From Escherichia phage ALITA: a stretch of 64,000 bases of DNA. The stretch lies in sequence record PP359570. The stretch is one strand, 5' to 3'. The notes beneath the pieces are model-generated. The model had not been told where the DNA came from. It saw nothing but the letters and a program-made list of their open reading frames with translations, and ran no database searches. The position numbers were made by a program, and so were the translations under genes. Below are positions 44,065 to 52,967 of this stretch, in pieces. How positions within the stretch are numbered: the first letter of the stretch is position 1; every line of letters begins with the position of its first letter.

Positions 44065-44258
44065 TTAGTCTCCTTCCAATTATTCCCTTCAGTAAAAATA
44101 ATACCTTCATAAAACAACCATCTGGAACCTTTTTCAACAGGAACAGGAATCTCTTCTTCAGTAAAGTTATAAACTTCTCTAGCATCTTCTAAAAGTGATG
44201 CAAATGTTTTTGGACTTACTGTTACGCGAGGAGCATTGATCAGTTGATCTAGCATCAT
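44061..44258 (-). CDS. hypothetical protein (65 aa)
   Basis: Track ORF 44061..44351 trimmed to ATG after taaggagga SD. Confidence 0.4.
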   Translation of the reverse strand: MMLDQLINAPRVTVSPKTFASLLEDAREVYNFTEEEIPVPVEKGSRWLFYEGIIFTEGNNWKETK

Positions 44259-44271
44259 TCTACTATCCTCC

Positions 44272-44598
44272 TTACCAAACGTGTTGAGAAATAATAGTTT
44301 CCGTTTCAATGTTATATTTTTCAAGAAGTTGTGCGTAGGCTTCTTTTGCATTCTTATTTAGTTGCTCAAGATCTACAGCTATACTTCCTTCGCCACCTTC
44401 TAAATAAATGCCATATATGCAATAAGATTCATCAGCATCATAGAAAGGAGAGATACGGCTTAAATCAAGACCTTCTTGTAAGAACCAATTAAAATCTCCA
44501 TCAAATTCTTCTTCAATTCTAGGATCTTCTCCTACAGCCCCTTCCCATTTATTAAAAGGTGCACCCTGTAACATACGCCATGCAATATCAACCCCCAC
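44272..44598 (-). CDS. hypothetical acidic protein (108 aa), GTG start
   Basis: ORF-track ORF; GAGGAGG SD then GTG. Confidence 0.45.
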   Translation of the reverse strand: MGVDIAWRMLQGAPFNKWEGAVGEDPRIEEEFDGDFNWFLQEGLDLSRISPFYDADESYCIYGIYLEGGEGSIAVDLEQLNKNAKEAYAQLLEKYNIETETIISQHVW

Positions 44599-44734
44599 TA
44601 TCTTCCTCCTCTTCTTTTTCTTCTGTATGAACGAAACCTAAGCCGTTACAATTCCAACAAGGAATAAATTGTTCCATACTAACAATAAAATTCCCAGTGC
44701 CGCCGCAGATAGGACAAATACTTACATCGTCCAT
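44588..44734 (-). CDS. small zinc-ribbon protein (48 aa)
   Basis: Below track cutoff; MDDVSICPICGGTGNF...PCWNCNGLGF... (two CxxC pairs); codon-counted. Confidence 0.4.
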   Translation of the reverse strand: MDDVSICPICGGTGNFIVSMEQFIPCWNCNGLGFVHTEEKEEEEDSGG

Positions 44735-44736
44735 TA

Positions 44737-44943
44737 TTAAAGCTCCTCAATCTTTTCTAACATCTGTTTTAACTCATTCTCTGTTAACAGAATTTCTGTG
44801 ATACCATCATAAGTTTCTACCATCAGAGTAAAACATTTCTCTCCATCTGAACACACAAAAGCACCACCTTCATCTTCTGTTAAGTCAGAATTAATATCTA
44901 CATCAACAAAATCAATCATCTTTTTCTCCTTTGATAATTTCAA
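44737..44943 (-). CDS. hypothetical acidic protein (68 aa)
   Basis: ORF-track ORF. Confidence 0.4.
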   Translation of the reverse strand: MKLSKEKKMIDFVDVDINSDLTEDEGGAFVCSDGEKCFTLMVETYDGITEILLTENELKQMLEKIEEL

Positions 44944-45130
44944 ACTTGGCTACACCATTAACTATAATATGACCGCAAGACAGAACTCCTAGCCAATGAT
45001 CACCATTCTTTTTTAAACGTTTACCGTAAACATCACAGAAACCATTCTGTAATTCGGAAGCCTCATAAGAGGCTCCCTTTTCGAAAACGTCTTTGAAGTC
45101 AGAAATTAATCCAACACAAAGTAGTTTCAT
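44912..45130 (-). CDS. hypothetical protein (72 aa)
   Basis: ORF-track ORF; start overlaps nrdB stop. Confidence 0.4.
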   Translation of the reverse strand: MKLLCVGLISDFKDVFEKGASYEASELQNGFCDVYGKRLKKNGDHWLGVLSCGHIIVNGVAKFEIIKGEKDD

Positions 45131-46215
45131 TAGAAGTCTAACTCCTCGTCATCACTTACATCTTTATTTGCTGAATTCAGTTTGTAAGCTGTAATTTGGA
45201 TCTCCTGTGCTGCTGCTTGAATTTGATCTGGGTTTAACCAAACATCCATCCAAGGCAGTGGACTTTTCTTCGGTGCACGGAATTTGTGTTTCATTTTCAG
45301 TCTGCGATAGATAGGTGCAGCATTGAAGTAAACCCAAAGTTTGAACAACTCTGCGTTACCACCAACGATAACCCTTCCTTCACTAAACAGATAGTCACAC
45401 CAATCTTCCTCTTGTCCAACTACCGTGTCAAGAATTTCTGTCAGAACGTCGATATTATCTTCGTATACTTTTCTCCAAACAGGATCTTTCAGCAGTGCAT
45501 CAATAATAGCATAATCCATTTTAACGTGCAATAGTTCATCCAACATAATTTTTTGAATGAGTTTAGCTGCACCTACAAACAATTGCTGCTCTGCTAAGGC
45601 AAATGTTGCAGCAAAAGAGGATATGAATTGAATGCCTTCCAGACCGATAAGTGCAATCATTCCTTTCAAGATCAGTAGACGAAGGTTATCATCCTTCTCA
45701 ATCAGACCTAGAGCATATTTATGTCCTGCCTCTGCCAGATCACCCATTATCTCTTCAACTATACCCATCCTCTGGAAGATTCTTTCATTCTCCATAATCT
45801 GATCGATAACTTCATTTGGATTAGGGATACACTGACGAATAATTTCAGAATATGTCAAAGCGTGTAAAACTTCCATTTCTGATTGCTTCATCATCATTGC
45901 ACATGCTTCGTTGTTGCTTAAAAATGGTGCAAACAAAGTGATGATTGATTTAGCAAGTGAATCATTTTCCCATTGGAAAGATAGGTTTTTGATCATAACA
46001 TCATAGTTGCTTTTAGAACAAGCTACGAAATCTTTTCGTGTCTGATCTAAGTTTACTTCGTTTTCATCCCAATCTTGCTGTTTTTGTAGTTTGTACAGAC
46101 GATGCATTTCTGGGTATGTTACATTAATAGAATCAAAAATACCTAACTGTTCTCCCAAAAATACAGGGTAGAAACCTTCTTTGTAAGTGTCGTTGTATAA
46201 GTTAATTGCTGCCAT
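45130..46215 (-). CDS. nrdB: ribonucleotide reductase class Ia small (beta) subunit
   Basis: 361 aa, uninterrupted; ferritin-like helices with acidic/His iron-ligand pattern and C-terminal acidic tail DDEELDF. Confidence 0.9.
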   Translation of the reverse strand: MAAINLYNDTYKEGFYPVFLGEQLGIFDSINVTYPEMHRLYKLQKQQDWDENEVNLDQTRKDFVACSKSNYDVMIKNLSFQWENDSLAKSIITLFAPFLSNNEACAMMMKQSEMEVLHALTYSEIIRQCIPNPNEVIDQIMENERIFQRMGIVEEIMGDLAEAGHKYALGLIEKDDNLRLLILKGMIALIGLEGIQFISSFAATFALAEQQLFVGAAKLIQKIMLDELLHVKMDYAIIDALLKDPVWRKVYEDNIDVLTEILDTVVGQEEDWCDYLFSEGRVIVGGNAELFKLWVYFNAAPIYRRLKMKHKFRAPKKSPLPWMDVWLNPDQIQAAAQEIQITAYKLNSANKDVSDDEELDF

Positions 46216-46537
46216 TTAAATCCTCCACAATATCACACATTGCTTTTATTGTATCAATGTGTTCTCTCTCCATACCATCATCTAGGTAAGCCTTCTCTAA
46301 TGCGTCCCATACACTCTTTGTGAGTAGTATAGTAACCTCTCCCTCATACCTTGCTCTGGTTAAAGCATACCAGGTAGCTATGGGATCATTGGAAGCCCAT
46401 ATTTCAACACTGGAAAATTGAAAACCTGCAATATAATGACAACACCAATCGAATGTAAAATCTTTACTATCTACCAGTGTATAATTTCCCCAGCGTCTTT
46501 GTGGTGTTGCTCCAGGTAATACAACTAATGTAGGCAT
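46202..46537 (-). CDS. hypothetical protein between nrdA and nrdB (111 aa)
   Basis: Track ORF 46202..46612 trimmed to ATG after aaggagg SD. Confidence 0.45.
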   Translation of the reverse strand: MPTLVVLPGATPQRRWGNYTLVDSKDFTFDWCCHYIAGFQFSSVEIWASNDPIATWYALTRARYEGEVTILLTKSVWDALEKAYLDDGMEREHIDTIKAMCDIVEDLNGSN

Positions 46538-46549
46538 ATTCCTCCTTAA

Positions 46550-46571
46550 GAAAGGGGGACAAAGCCCCCTA
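46550..46571 (-). terminator. GC hairpin just downstream of nrdA
   Basis: agggggacaaagccccct; possible attenuator/processing site; approx. Confidence 0.35.
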
Positions 46572-46577
46572 GTTTCA

Positions 46578-48839
46578 TTACATCTTACAAGCCTCACAAC
46601 CGGATTCTTCATCCTCTTGAGCGAGTGAGGTTGCCGATTTTGTTCTGCTATTTAGATAGTACAAAGATTTACCACCAAGTTTTGCAAACTGAAGAATATA
46701 TTGCATTTCTGATTTAATGGATAAACGACCACCTTCCATCTTAGAATAGTCAATCCACTTATCACATGATGCACCTTGATCTAAGAATTTAGTCAACAGC
46801 CCATATGCTTCAGCCATATCTTTATCTGGTGTATCCCAAGCCGATTGGTAAATATCTTTTAGTTTATCGTAGTCTGGCACAATAAACAGAACATTACCCT
46901 TTTGGCTTTGTTTATAAACTATAGTATCACGTACAGGATACACAGAGTTAGTCGTATTACTTACAAGACTACTGGACTCATTTGGAGCAATAGCTGCTAA
47001 TACACTATTTCGGATACCGCCCTGTGCAATGATATCTTGTCGTAAACCTTCCCAATCCATTTTAAGTTTAAAATTGCCAATATCGTCTACAGCTTTAGCG
47101 TAGGTGTCAATAGGCAACCATCCTTCAGGCCATTTGGTTTTATGCATCCATTCTGCATTACCTTTCTCTTTTGCCAAACGAAGAGAAGCTCTTGCTAACC
47201 AATAATAATGTCTTTCTGCTAATTCGTGAATTAGTTTTTTGCCGTAAGGATCTGAATAAGTAACAAAATTACTTGCCAGATAATGTGCAAGGTTTGTAAT
47301 ACCTACACCGATAGACCTACGTGCTTTAGCAGTGATTTCGTTATGTTTAAACGGATACTGCATTGTTTCAATAACATTATCAATAGTTAGAACGGTATAA
47401 TATGCAACATCTTCATATTCTTCTGGTGTAACACGACCAGCTACAATAGAAGACAGGAAGCATAATGCCAATTCTTGGTCTTCTGTATTCTCACCTGTGA
47501 AAAGATCAGTCATATTGTGAAATGCTTTCGTAGGTAAGAAAATTTCTTGGCACAAGTTTGACTGGTAAATAACATCCTTAAACGGAGTATGCTTATTAGC
47601 ATTATCCGCAAAGAACATATAAATACGTCCTGTTTCTGCTCTTTGTGTAATAATTTCTGCCAGAAGATCTCGTGCTTTTACAAACTTCTTCTTAATTCGT
47701 TTGCGACTAACTTTTTCATATACTTCTTCAAACTCTTCCTCGCTTTTATAAAGCGCCTCATAGAGTTCTGGTGCTTCGTCATAACTGACTAGCATCCAAT
47801 CTTTACCTTTTGCTGCACGTCGCAGGAAAGCATTGTTTACTACAATAGAGTAATCAAGTTTATCTACTCGTTTTTCACTAACAGTAGTTGGGTTTTTCAA
47901 ACGTACCAGATCTTCAAAATCAGGTTCTAATATTGTAAACGTTACTGTTGCACTTCCACCACGGCTTGCTTGTTTTGATGCTCCAACACTTGTCTCCATC
48001 CATTTCAGATATGGTAAAAGACCACCGTGAACGATACGGTTGTTCTTAACACCTTGTCCTGTAGCACGGGTTTGGAGGTTAACACCAATACCTGCATTAT
48101 TCAATGTATATTCATGAGCAAGATAGTTAGCAATTGCTAAAGACTCTGCTGTATCATCTGCTCTAAACAGACAACAAGAAGCACTACCTTTAATCTTAGT
48201 ACGCAAAGTTGTTAAATAAGGCGATGGTAAATTAATCTTAAGATCACTTACGTAGGTATATAGACGTTTAATGTCTTCTACTCTGCGATCTTTTGGTTGA
48301 ATTTCCATTACCTTCATTGCTACACCAATGAATAAAAACTGTGGTGATTCAAAAACAACATCATTGATCGCATCTTTCACAAGATACTTATCAACCATCT
48401 GGCGCAGTACGGAATAACCATAAGTTAGGTTTTTATCGTGATTGACAATCTTACCAATCTCAATAATTTCTTCTTCTGTATAATCCATTTTTCCCCAATA
48501 GCCTTTACTTACAGACATATTGTAGAAATCCAGGAGGGAGGGGATATTGTGATATCCCCCATGAGCCTGTTTATAAATCATACCAAGAAGTAACCGACCT
48601 GCCATATCACTATATGCCTGATCTTTCTTATCAATACATGCTGCTATCATAGCTTTATGTAAATCACGAGTAGGCACACCGTCGTAACAACGTTTAACAG
48701 CTTCGAGTTCGATTTCAGACCAATTTAATTTACCAGCAGCAAACTCTGACCATTTACGAAGTTTTTCTGGATTAAATTCTTCTTTCTTGCCGTTTGTTTT
48801 TGTTACATAACGGATAGATTTGCTTAGATACTGAGTCAC
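46578..48839 (-). CDS. nrdA: ribonucleotide reductase class Ia large (alpha) subunit
   Basis: 753 aa; N-terminal ATP-cone-like segment, catalytic core blocks, C-terminal CEACKM-type Cys pair. Confidence 0.95.
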   Translation of the reverse strand: MTQYLSKSIRYVTKTNGKKEEFNPEKLRKWSEFAAGKLNWSEIELEAVKRCYDGVPTRDLHKAMIAACIDKKDQAYSDMAGRLLLGMIYKQAHGGYHNIPSLLDFYNMSVSKGYWGKMDYTEEEIIEIGKIVNHDKNLTYGYSVLRQMVDKYLVKDAINDVVFESPQFLFIGVAMKVMEIQPKDRRVEDIKRLYTYVSDLKINLPSPYLTTLRTKIKGSASCCLFRADDTAESLAIANYLAHEYTLNNAGIGVNLQTRATGQGVKNNRIVHGGLLPYLKWMETSVGASKQASRGGSATVTFTILEPDFEDLVRLKNPTTVSEKRVDKLDYSIVVNNAFLRRAAKGKDWMLVSYDEAPELYEALYKSEEEFEEVYEKVSRKRIKKKFVKARDLLAEIITQRAETGRIYMFFADNANKHTPFKDVIYQSNLCQEIFLPTKAFHNMTDLFTGENTEDQELALCFLSSIVAGRVTPEEYEDVAYYTVLTIDNVIETMQYPFKHNEITAKARRSIGVGITNLAHYLASNFVTYSDPYGKKLIHELAERHYYWLARASLRLAKEKGNAEWMHKTKWPEGWLPIDTYAKAVDDIGNFKLKMDWEGLRQDIIAQGGIRNSVLAAIAPNESSSLVSNTTNSVYPVRDTIVYKQSQKGNVLFIVPDYDKLKDIYQSAWDTPDKDMAEAYGLLTKFLDQGASCDKWIDYSKMEGGRLSIKSEMQYILQFAKLGGKSLYYLNSRTKSATSLAQEDEESGCEACKM

Positions 48840-48850
48840 TTCCTCTCCTA

Positions 48851-49111
48851 TTAATTGTGCATGTTTAGAACATCTACATCATAACCGCCACGCATCTCAT
48901 TATATAAGCCATTTGCGTATAGAAAACCTTCAAAATGATCTATACCTTCAAAACCTTTTGCCTTTGCTTTGCGGTCTGCTTCTTGTCTTTTTGGAGATAA
49001 TCTTTTAGATGTATCAAGGATAACTGTTACATTGCAACCTAATGTTTCATCAAAATAGACTTCAATTTCACAGCCTTCATATTTATTACTTTCTGTCATT
49101 TGGCCTCTCAA
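48851..49111 (-). CDS. hypothetical protein (86 aa)
   Basis: ORF-track ORF. Confidence 0.45.
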   Translation of the reverse strand: MRGQMTESNKYEGCEIEVYFDETLGCNVTVILDTSKRLSPKRQEADRKAKAKGFEGIDHFEGFLYANGLYNEMRGGYDVDVLNMHN

Positions 49112-49522
49112 TTAGAATTCAGAATCATCATCTCGTGATGGATCATGTTCATTTCCGAAGTCTTCCATTTTGATATGAGAGCTACCCCAACCTGTAAAAT
49201 CTTCTTCTCCAAAGTGCAAAATATCTACACCTTGATAGATTCGCTTATATTTATAGTCCTGTCGAACTGGGAAAGTATACAATGTAGTATTTGCAAACAC
49301 CACACGTCGATTGTTGTTACTACGAATATTAACACCACGTTCTACTGTATAATGTCCATCGGTAGACATACCAAGCATTACTAATGCTGCTCGCAATGTA
49401 GTGTTATGATACTCGTGAGGAATTTTTCCTCCGTGCTTTTTAGCCATTTCTTTCCAGATCGGTGTAGCCTTAATGGTAGACATACTTACGGTCGCCCAAA
49501 TGGTTGTATTAATTAGTGACAT
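49112..49522 (-). CDS. hypothetical protein (136 aa)
   Basis: ORF-track ORF; preceded on - strand by promoter + hairpin. Confidence 0.5.
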   Translation of the reverse strand: MSLINTTIWATVSMSTIKATPIWKEMAKKHGGKIPHEYHNTTLRAALVMLGMSTDGHYTVERGVNIRSNNNRRVVFANTTLYTFPVRQDYKYKRIYQGVDILHFGEEDFTGWGSSHIKMEDFGNEHDPSRDDDSEF

Positions 49523-49539
49523 AAATTCTCCTTCTCTCT

Positions 49540-49601
49540 TTTAAGGAGAGCATAGCTCTCCTAACGTTAGCCTATACTACACGAATCTCAATTAAAAGTC
49601 A
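49540..49601 (-). promoter_or_regulatory. sigma70-type promoter + 5' hairpin on - strand
   Basis: - strand reads TTGACT-17-TAGTAT then AGGAGAGCtatGCTCTCCT hairpin, SD, ATG; approx. Confidence 0.4.
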
Positions 49602-49619
49602 ACTATAATTTTAAATTGA

Positions 49620-50591
49620 TCACCATTTTGTATGGTTAGTCAAAAGTTGACGATGTTGAATCCAACCACAGAAGTTTCCACTCCACAAACGATGTTTACG
49701 ATCCATATGTGTAATACCTTCTTCCCAAGAAGTAGGGAACGGAGGAATATTAATACCACCTTTCTGTTGTTTTAATCCTGACAAATCCATTTCTTTCATT
49801 GGCGTTGCCTGGTGTTCAAACGGAGATGCATGTACCTTTTGTCCAGACAGCAAACGAGAATAGATATCCAATGCTTTATCTTTAGTATCATTCAATTTAC
49901 GATAACTTACCTGAGCGCAACAAGAAGCTGAAATAGCTTTTGCTTCCTCTTCTGTCAACATTTTCTCGTTGGAGAAGGTTTCACCCAAGAAATAACGGAT
50001 CATACCAGTTTCTGGATCTCGATCACGATTAACGTAAGGTGTATGCCATTCCCCTGGGAAAAGAAGATATGGTTCAGAAGATTCATACAGTTTTTTAATT
50101 TCTTTAGCAAGAGCCTCAATAGTAGGATCTGCATCAGCATCTACGCGCAACCACAAGAAGTTTTCTAGCTCTGTAGTGGTTACTACAGTCTTCATACGTT
50201 GGAATGGTTCTAGTAGGCGGTTTGCAACCTGTTTATGATAACCAGCAAGGGCAAACTCTTCTGCAAAACGTGCAGCACTTAGCGCAGCTAAGTCCCACCA
50301 TTCTTTTGCAGTGTAACCTGCATCAATCAGGGCATCGTGATCTGTGCCTTTATCTTGCATACCTGGTTGGTTAGCACCAAAACGATAAGGACGTGCTGGA
50401 GATTGCCGTACCATTTCAATTAGAGTTTTAACAGGAATAGCTCGACTTGATGCGGCATTACGAGAAAACAAACGATGCGTCATCAATTCAGAGTGAATGA
50501 TTCGGGGATATTCAAGTTCAAAGGTAACAATATCCTTACCTTCAGATGTTTGAGAGTGTGCAATAATTTTTGCTGAAATAGAATTTGTCAT
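49620..50591 (-). CDS. thyX: flavin-dependent thymidylate synthase (ThyX-like)
   Basis: IVTFELEYPRIIHSELMTHRLFSRNAASSRA parallels ThyX FTFEI...SHQLVRHRIASYSQQSQRY, but first Arg of RHR is Thr here. Confidence 0.6.
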   Translation of the reverse strand: MTNSISAKIIAHSQTSEGKDIVTFELEYPRIIHSELMTHRLFSRNAASSRAIPVKTLIEMVRQSPARPYRFGANQPGMQDKGTDHDALIDAGYTAKEWWDLAALSAARFAEEFALAGYHKQVANRLLEPFQRMKTVVTTTELENFLWLRVDADADPTIEALAKEIKKLYESSEPYLLFPGEWHTPYVNRDRDPETGMIRYFLGETFSNEKMLTEEEAKAISASCCAQVSYRKLNDTKDKALDIYSRLLSGQKVHASPFEHQATPMKEMDLSGLKQQKGGINIPPFPTSWEEGITHMDRKHRLWSGNFCGWIQHRQLLTNHTKW

Positions 50592-50600
50592 TATTTCTCC

Positions 50601-51191
50601 TTAAGGTAGTAAAATACTTTCAATTTCTTCCCACTGATTATCTAAACCAGTGATAATTACATTAGGAAGTTTCTTTAACTCTTCCAAGTATGGATCTTCG
50701 TAAATAGTGTTGAAATATATTTTCAACGTTTCATCTGGAAATAGGACAAGATTTTCAGCCCTATCGTCAATAGTTACGTCGCAAGGTAATAAGTATTTTT
50801 CTTTTGTTGCGAAAAAGCCATTACCAGATGTTCTACTAAAGTCCACTTTATCTAAAGATCGTGTTACGTGTCTATATTTAGAACTAAGGTGTCCACCCTT
50901 AGTGTGGCTTGCTATAGATATATTAGCTCCATTTGCAATTATACGATGAACAACATCTGTACTATTAGGTACTACTCCCATAGTATCATATAGATGTTGG
51001 TTATCCCAAAAAGAGTAAGGATCTACACCAAATTGCTTTTTAAAATCAGGAAAATATTTCGTAATATCATAATGCACAGTCTTATGTGCCTTATCAAATT
51101 TGATATTAGATCTACTTACCGCATTTAACCAACTCAACCATTCTACATCGGCAGGAGCTATTACTAAATCCCAATCACATACTAGACGCAT
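50601..51191 (-). CDS. HAD-family 5'(3')-deoxyribonucleotidase-like protein (196 aa)
   Basis: Track ORF 50601..51305 trimmed to MRLVCDWDLVIA (aggagaa SD); D.D nucleophile motif at N-terminus. Confidence 0.55.
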   Translation of the reverse strand: MRLVCDWDLVIAPADVEWLSWLNAVSRSNIKFDKAHKTVHYDITKYFPDFKKQFGVDPYSFWDNQHLYDTMGVVPNSTDVVHRIIANGANISIASHTKGGHLSSKYRHVTRSLDKVDFSRTSGNGFFATKEKYLLPCDVTIDDRAENLVLFPDETLKIYFNTIYEDPYLEELKKLPNVIITGLDNQWEEIESILLP

Positions 51192-51738
51192 TATTTCTCC
51201 TGTTATAACATTTTCTACACATTGTTTCGTAAATGTCTTCTCCTCCAATAACAATCTGTTCTTTAGAGTCGATAAGTCTAGCATTGAAAATAGCTTTTCT
51301 TCCACATTTACAAATGCTTTTCAATTCTGTAATTGAATCTGCTATGGCTAATAACCGTTCAGAACCTTCGAACAATTCTGTAGCAAAATCTGTTTTAAGC
51401 CCATAACAGAATACAGGAATATCGTAATTATCTACCACATCTCCAAGAATGTCAACCATATCTTTAGTTAGGAATTGTGATTCGTCCACAAACACTGCAT
51501 CTACTGGATTTTCTTTAAGTTGTGTATAAATTTCCAGCATATCTTCTTTTGTTTTAACTGGTTTTGCTTCCTCTTTAATACCTATCCTAGAAGCAATAGC
51601 ACAACCAGATCTAGTATCTAAAGCTGAAGTTAAAAGAAGAACTTTCATATTTCTTTCTTTATAGTTCCAAGCTGTTTGTAGCAGATGTGTGCTTTTACCA
51701 CTGTTCATCGGACTGTATCGGAAATAAAGTTTAGCCAT
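51175..51738 (-). CDS. tk: thymidine kinase
   Basis: YSPMNSGKSTHLL P-loop, VDESQFL, C-terminal CKCG...CRKCY Zn motif; near-collinear with T4 Tk. Confidence 0.9.
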   Translation of the reverse strand: MAKLYFRYSPMNSGKSTHLLQTAWNYKERNMKVLLLTSALDTRSGCAIASRIGIKEEAKPVKTKEDMLEIYTQLKENPVDAVFVDESQFLTKDMVDILGDVVDNYDIPVFCYGLKTDFATELFEGSERLLAIADSITELKSICKCGRKAIFNARLIDSKEQIVIGGEDIYETMCRKCYNRRNNASSM

Positions 51739-51783
51739 ATTTTCTCCTCTAACGCTCCCATTTGTGGGAGCGATAATACTTTA

Positions 51784-52359
51784 TTATTTCTCTTCGTCAA
51801 GAAGAATTTTTACTATTTGTTTTCTTCGCTTACTTACTGTACTTTCTGGTGAAATTCCGCGCTTCGTTAGCCAATTTTTATCCTTTTTAGACTGGCATAA
51901 AGCTATCGCTTCCTTCTCCGCTTTTGCTTCCCTGAATGTCATATCGTGCTTGTCAGCATAAGCCAGGATAGCGTTACACTGCTTACAAACTACACGCAGG
52001 TCGTCTTCTGTTACGTACAATAGGCGTAAAACAAAACTTGGGATATCTTCATAACAGGTTAATGTACCTGCTGCATTAATATGGTCTACTTGAAAGTCTT
52101 TCATACCTCCTGTATGTCCACACAATTCACACTTACAATTCCAAACCTGTTTCGGTTTGCCTGTTTTCTTATCTAAAACTATATTTCCATCTTTATCCAA
52201 CCTATCCGCTTTAAATCGTACAGATTGGATCTTTTTTATCTTATTCGGGTGTCTCACCCATGCTTTCCTTAAGCAACCCCTTAAATATGTATAAAAGGCT
52301 GCTTGAGTTTTCCAAGGTGTTCCATCTCCCCAAATAACTTTAGGTTCTTTATTTTCCAA
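51784..52359 (-). CDS. HNH homing-endonuclease-like protein
   Basis: CELCGHTGGMKDFQVDHINAAG ... CKQCNAILAYADKH fits HNH pattern. Confidence 0.6.
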   Translation of the reverse strand: MENKEPKVIWGDGTPWKTQAAFYTYLRGCLRKAWVRHPNKIKKIQSVRFKADRLDKDGNIVLDKKTGKPKQVWNCKCELCGHTGGMKDFQVDHINAAGTLTCYEDIPSFVLRLLYVTEDDLRVVCKQCNAILAYADKHDMTFREAKAEKEAIALCQSKKDKNWLTKRGISPESTVSKRRKQIVKILLDEEK

Positions 52360-52543
52360 TAGTGCTCACCTTTTTAGCTACATAATCTCCTGGTGGAATG
52401 TTATATTTAAAGAAAAGCATACGGTCTAAACCAGCTTTACACATGTTTTCTGTGATTGTGATTGTATATAGGAGTTTATCTCCACGCTTATTGTATATTT
52501 TATATACTTCACCCTCTCCGTATTGTTTACCGTGAGAAGCCAT
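52349..52543 (-). CDS. hypothetical protein (64 aa)
   Basis: ORF-track ORF. Confidence 0.4.
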   Translation of the reverse strand: MASHGKQYGEGEVYKIYNKRGDKLLYTITITENMCKAGLDRMLFFKYNIPPGDYVAKKVSTIGK

Positions 52544-52928
52544 CTACACTCTCCTTCAATGTTTCAATAGCATCTGCTGCTTCAATATACTTACCTTTGT
52601 ACATTGCTTTTAAAGCCTTACGAACAAGATCATCGTCTGTGTATAAATCAATTAGCTGATTAGCTAACTCAATTTTTACAGGATTTTTTAAGTTAGGGTA
52701 GGCTTCATACAACATATTGTAATACTTATCACTTAATTCTTTTTCAATATGAATAACGTGAATCGCTTTGTTTAGGTTGATCACACGATCACCTTTGTTT
52801 CGACAAGCATACTTAGCTAACTTAGTGAAACAAGGAGTTGCACCAATTAGATATGCAAGTTCCAAAGGTTGCATACGCATACGTTTGTAGTGATCACCAT
52901 CAATTTGAATATCCAGTGCTGTAGTCAT
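52527..52928 (-). CDS. hypothetical protein (133 aa)
   Basis: ORF-track ORF. Confidence 0.5.
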   Translation of the reverse strand: MTTALDIQIDGDHYKRMRMQPLELAYLIGATPCFTKLAKYACRNKGDRVINLNKAIHVIHIEKELSDKYYNMLYEAYPNLKNPVKIELANQLIDLYTDDDLVRKALKAMYKGKYIEAADAIETLKESVDGFSR

Positions 52929-52940
52929 AAATCCTCCAAA

Positions 52941-52966
52941 AATAAAGGGGCTTTCGCCCCTTTTTT
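52941..52966 (-). terminator. rho-independent terminator with GAAA tetraloop
   Basis: aaaggggcTTTCgccccttttttatt, T-runs both sides; approx. Confidence 0.6.
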
Positions 52967-52967
52967 A

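Noticed and set aside
45130-48839. Group I intron or intein in nrdA/nrdB as in some T4-type phages
   Set aside because: Both reading frames are continuous at normal lengths (753 and 361 aa).
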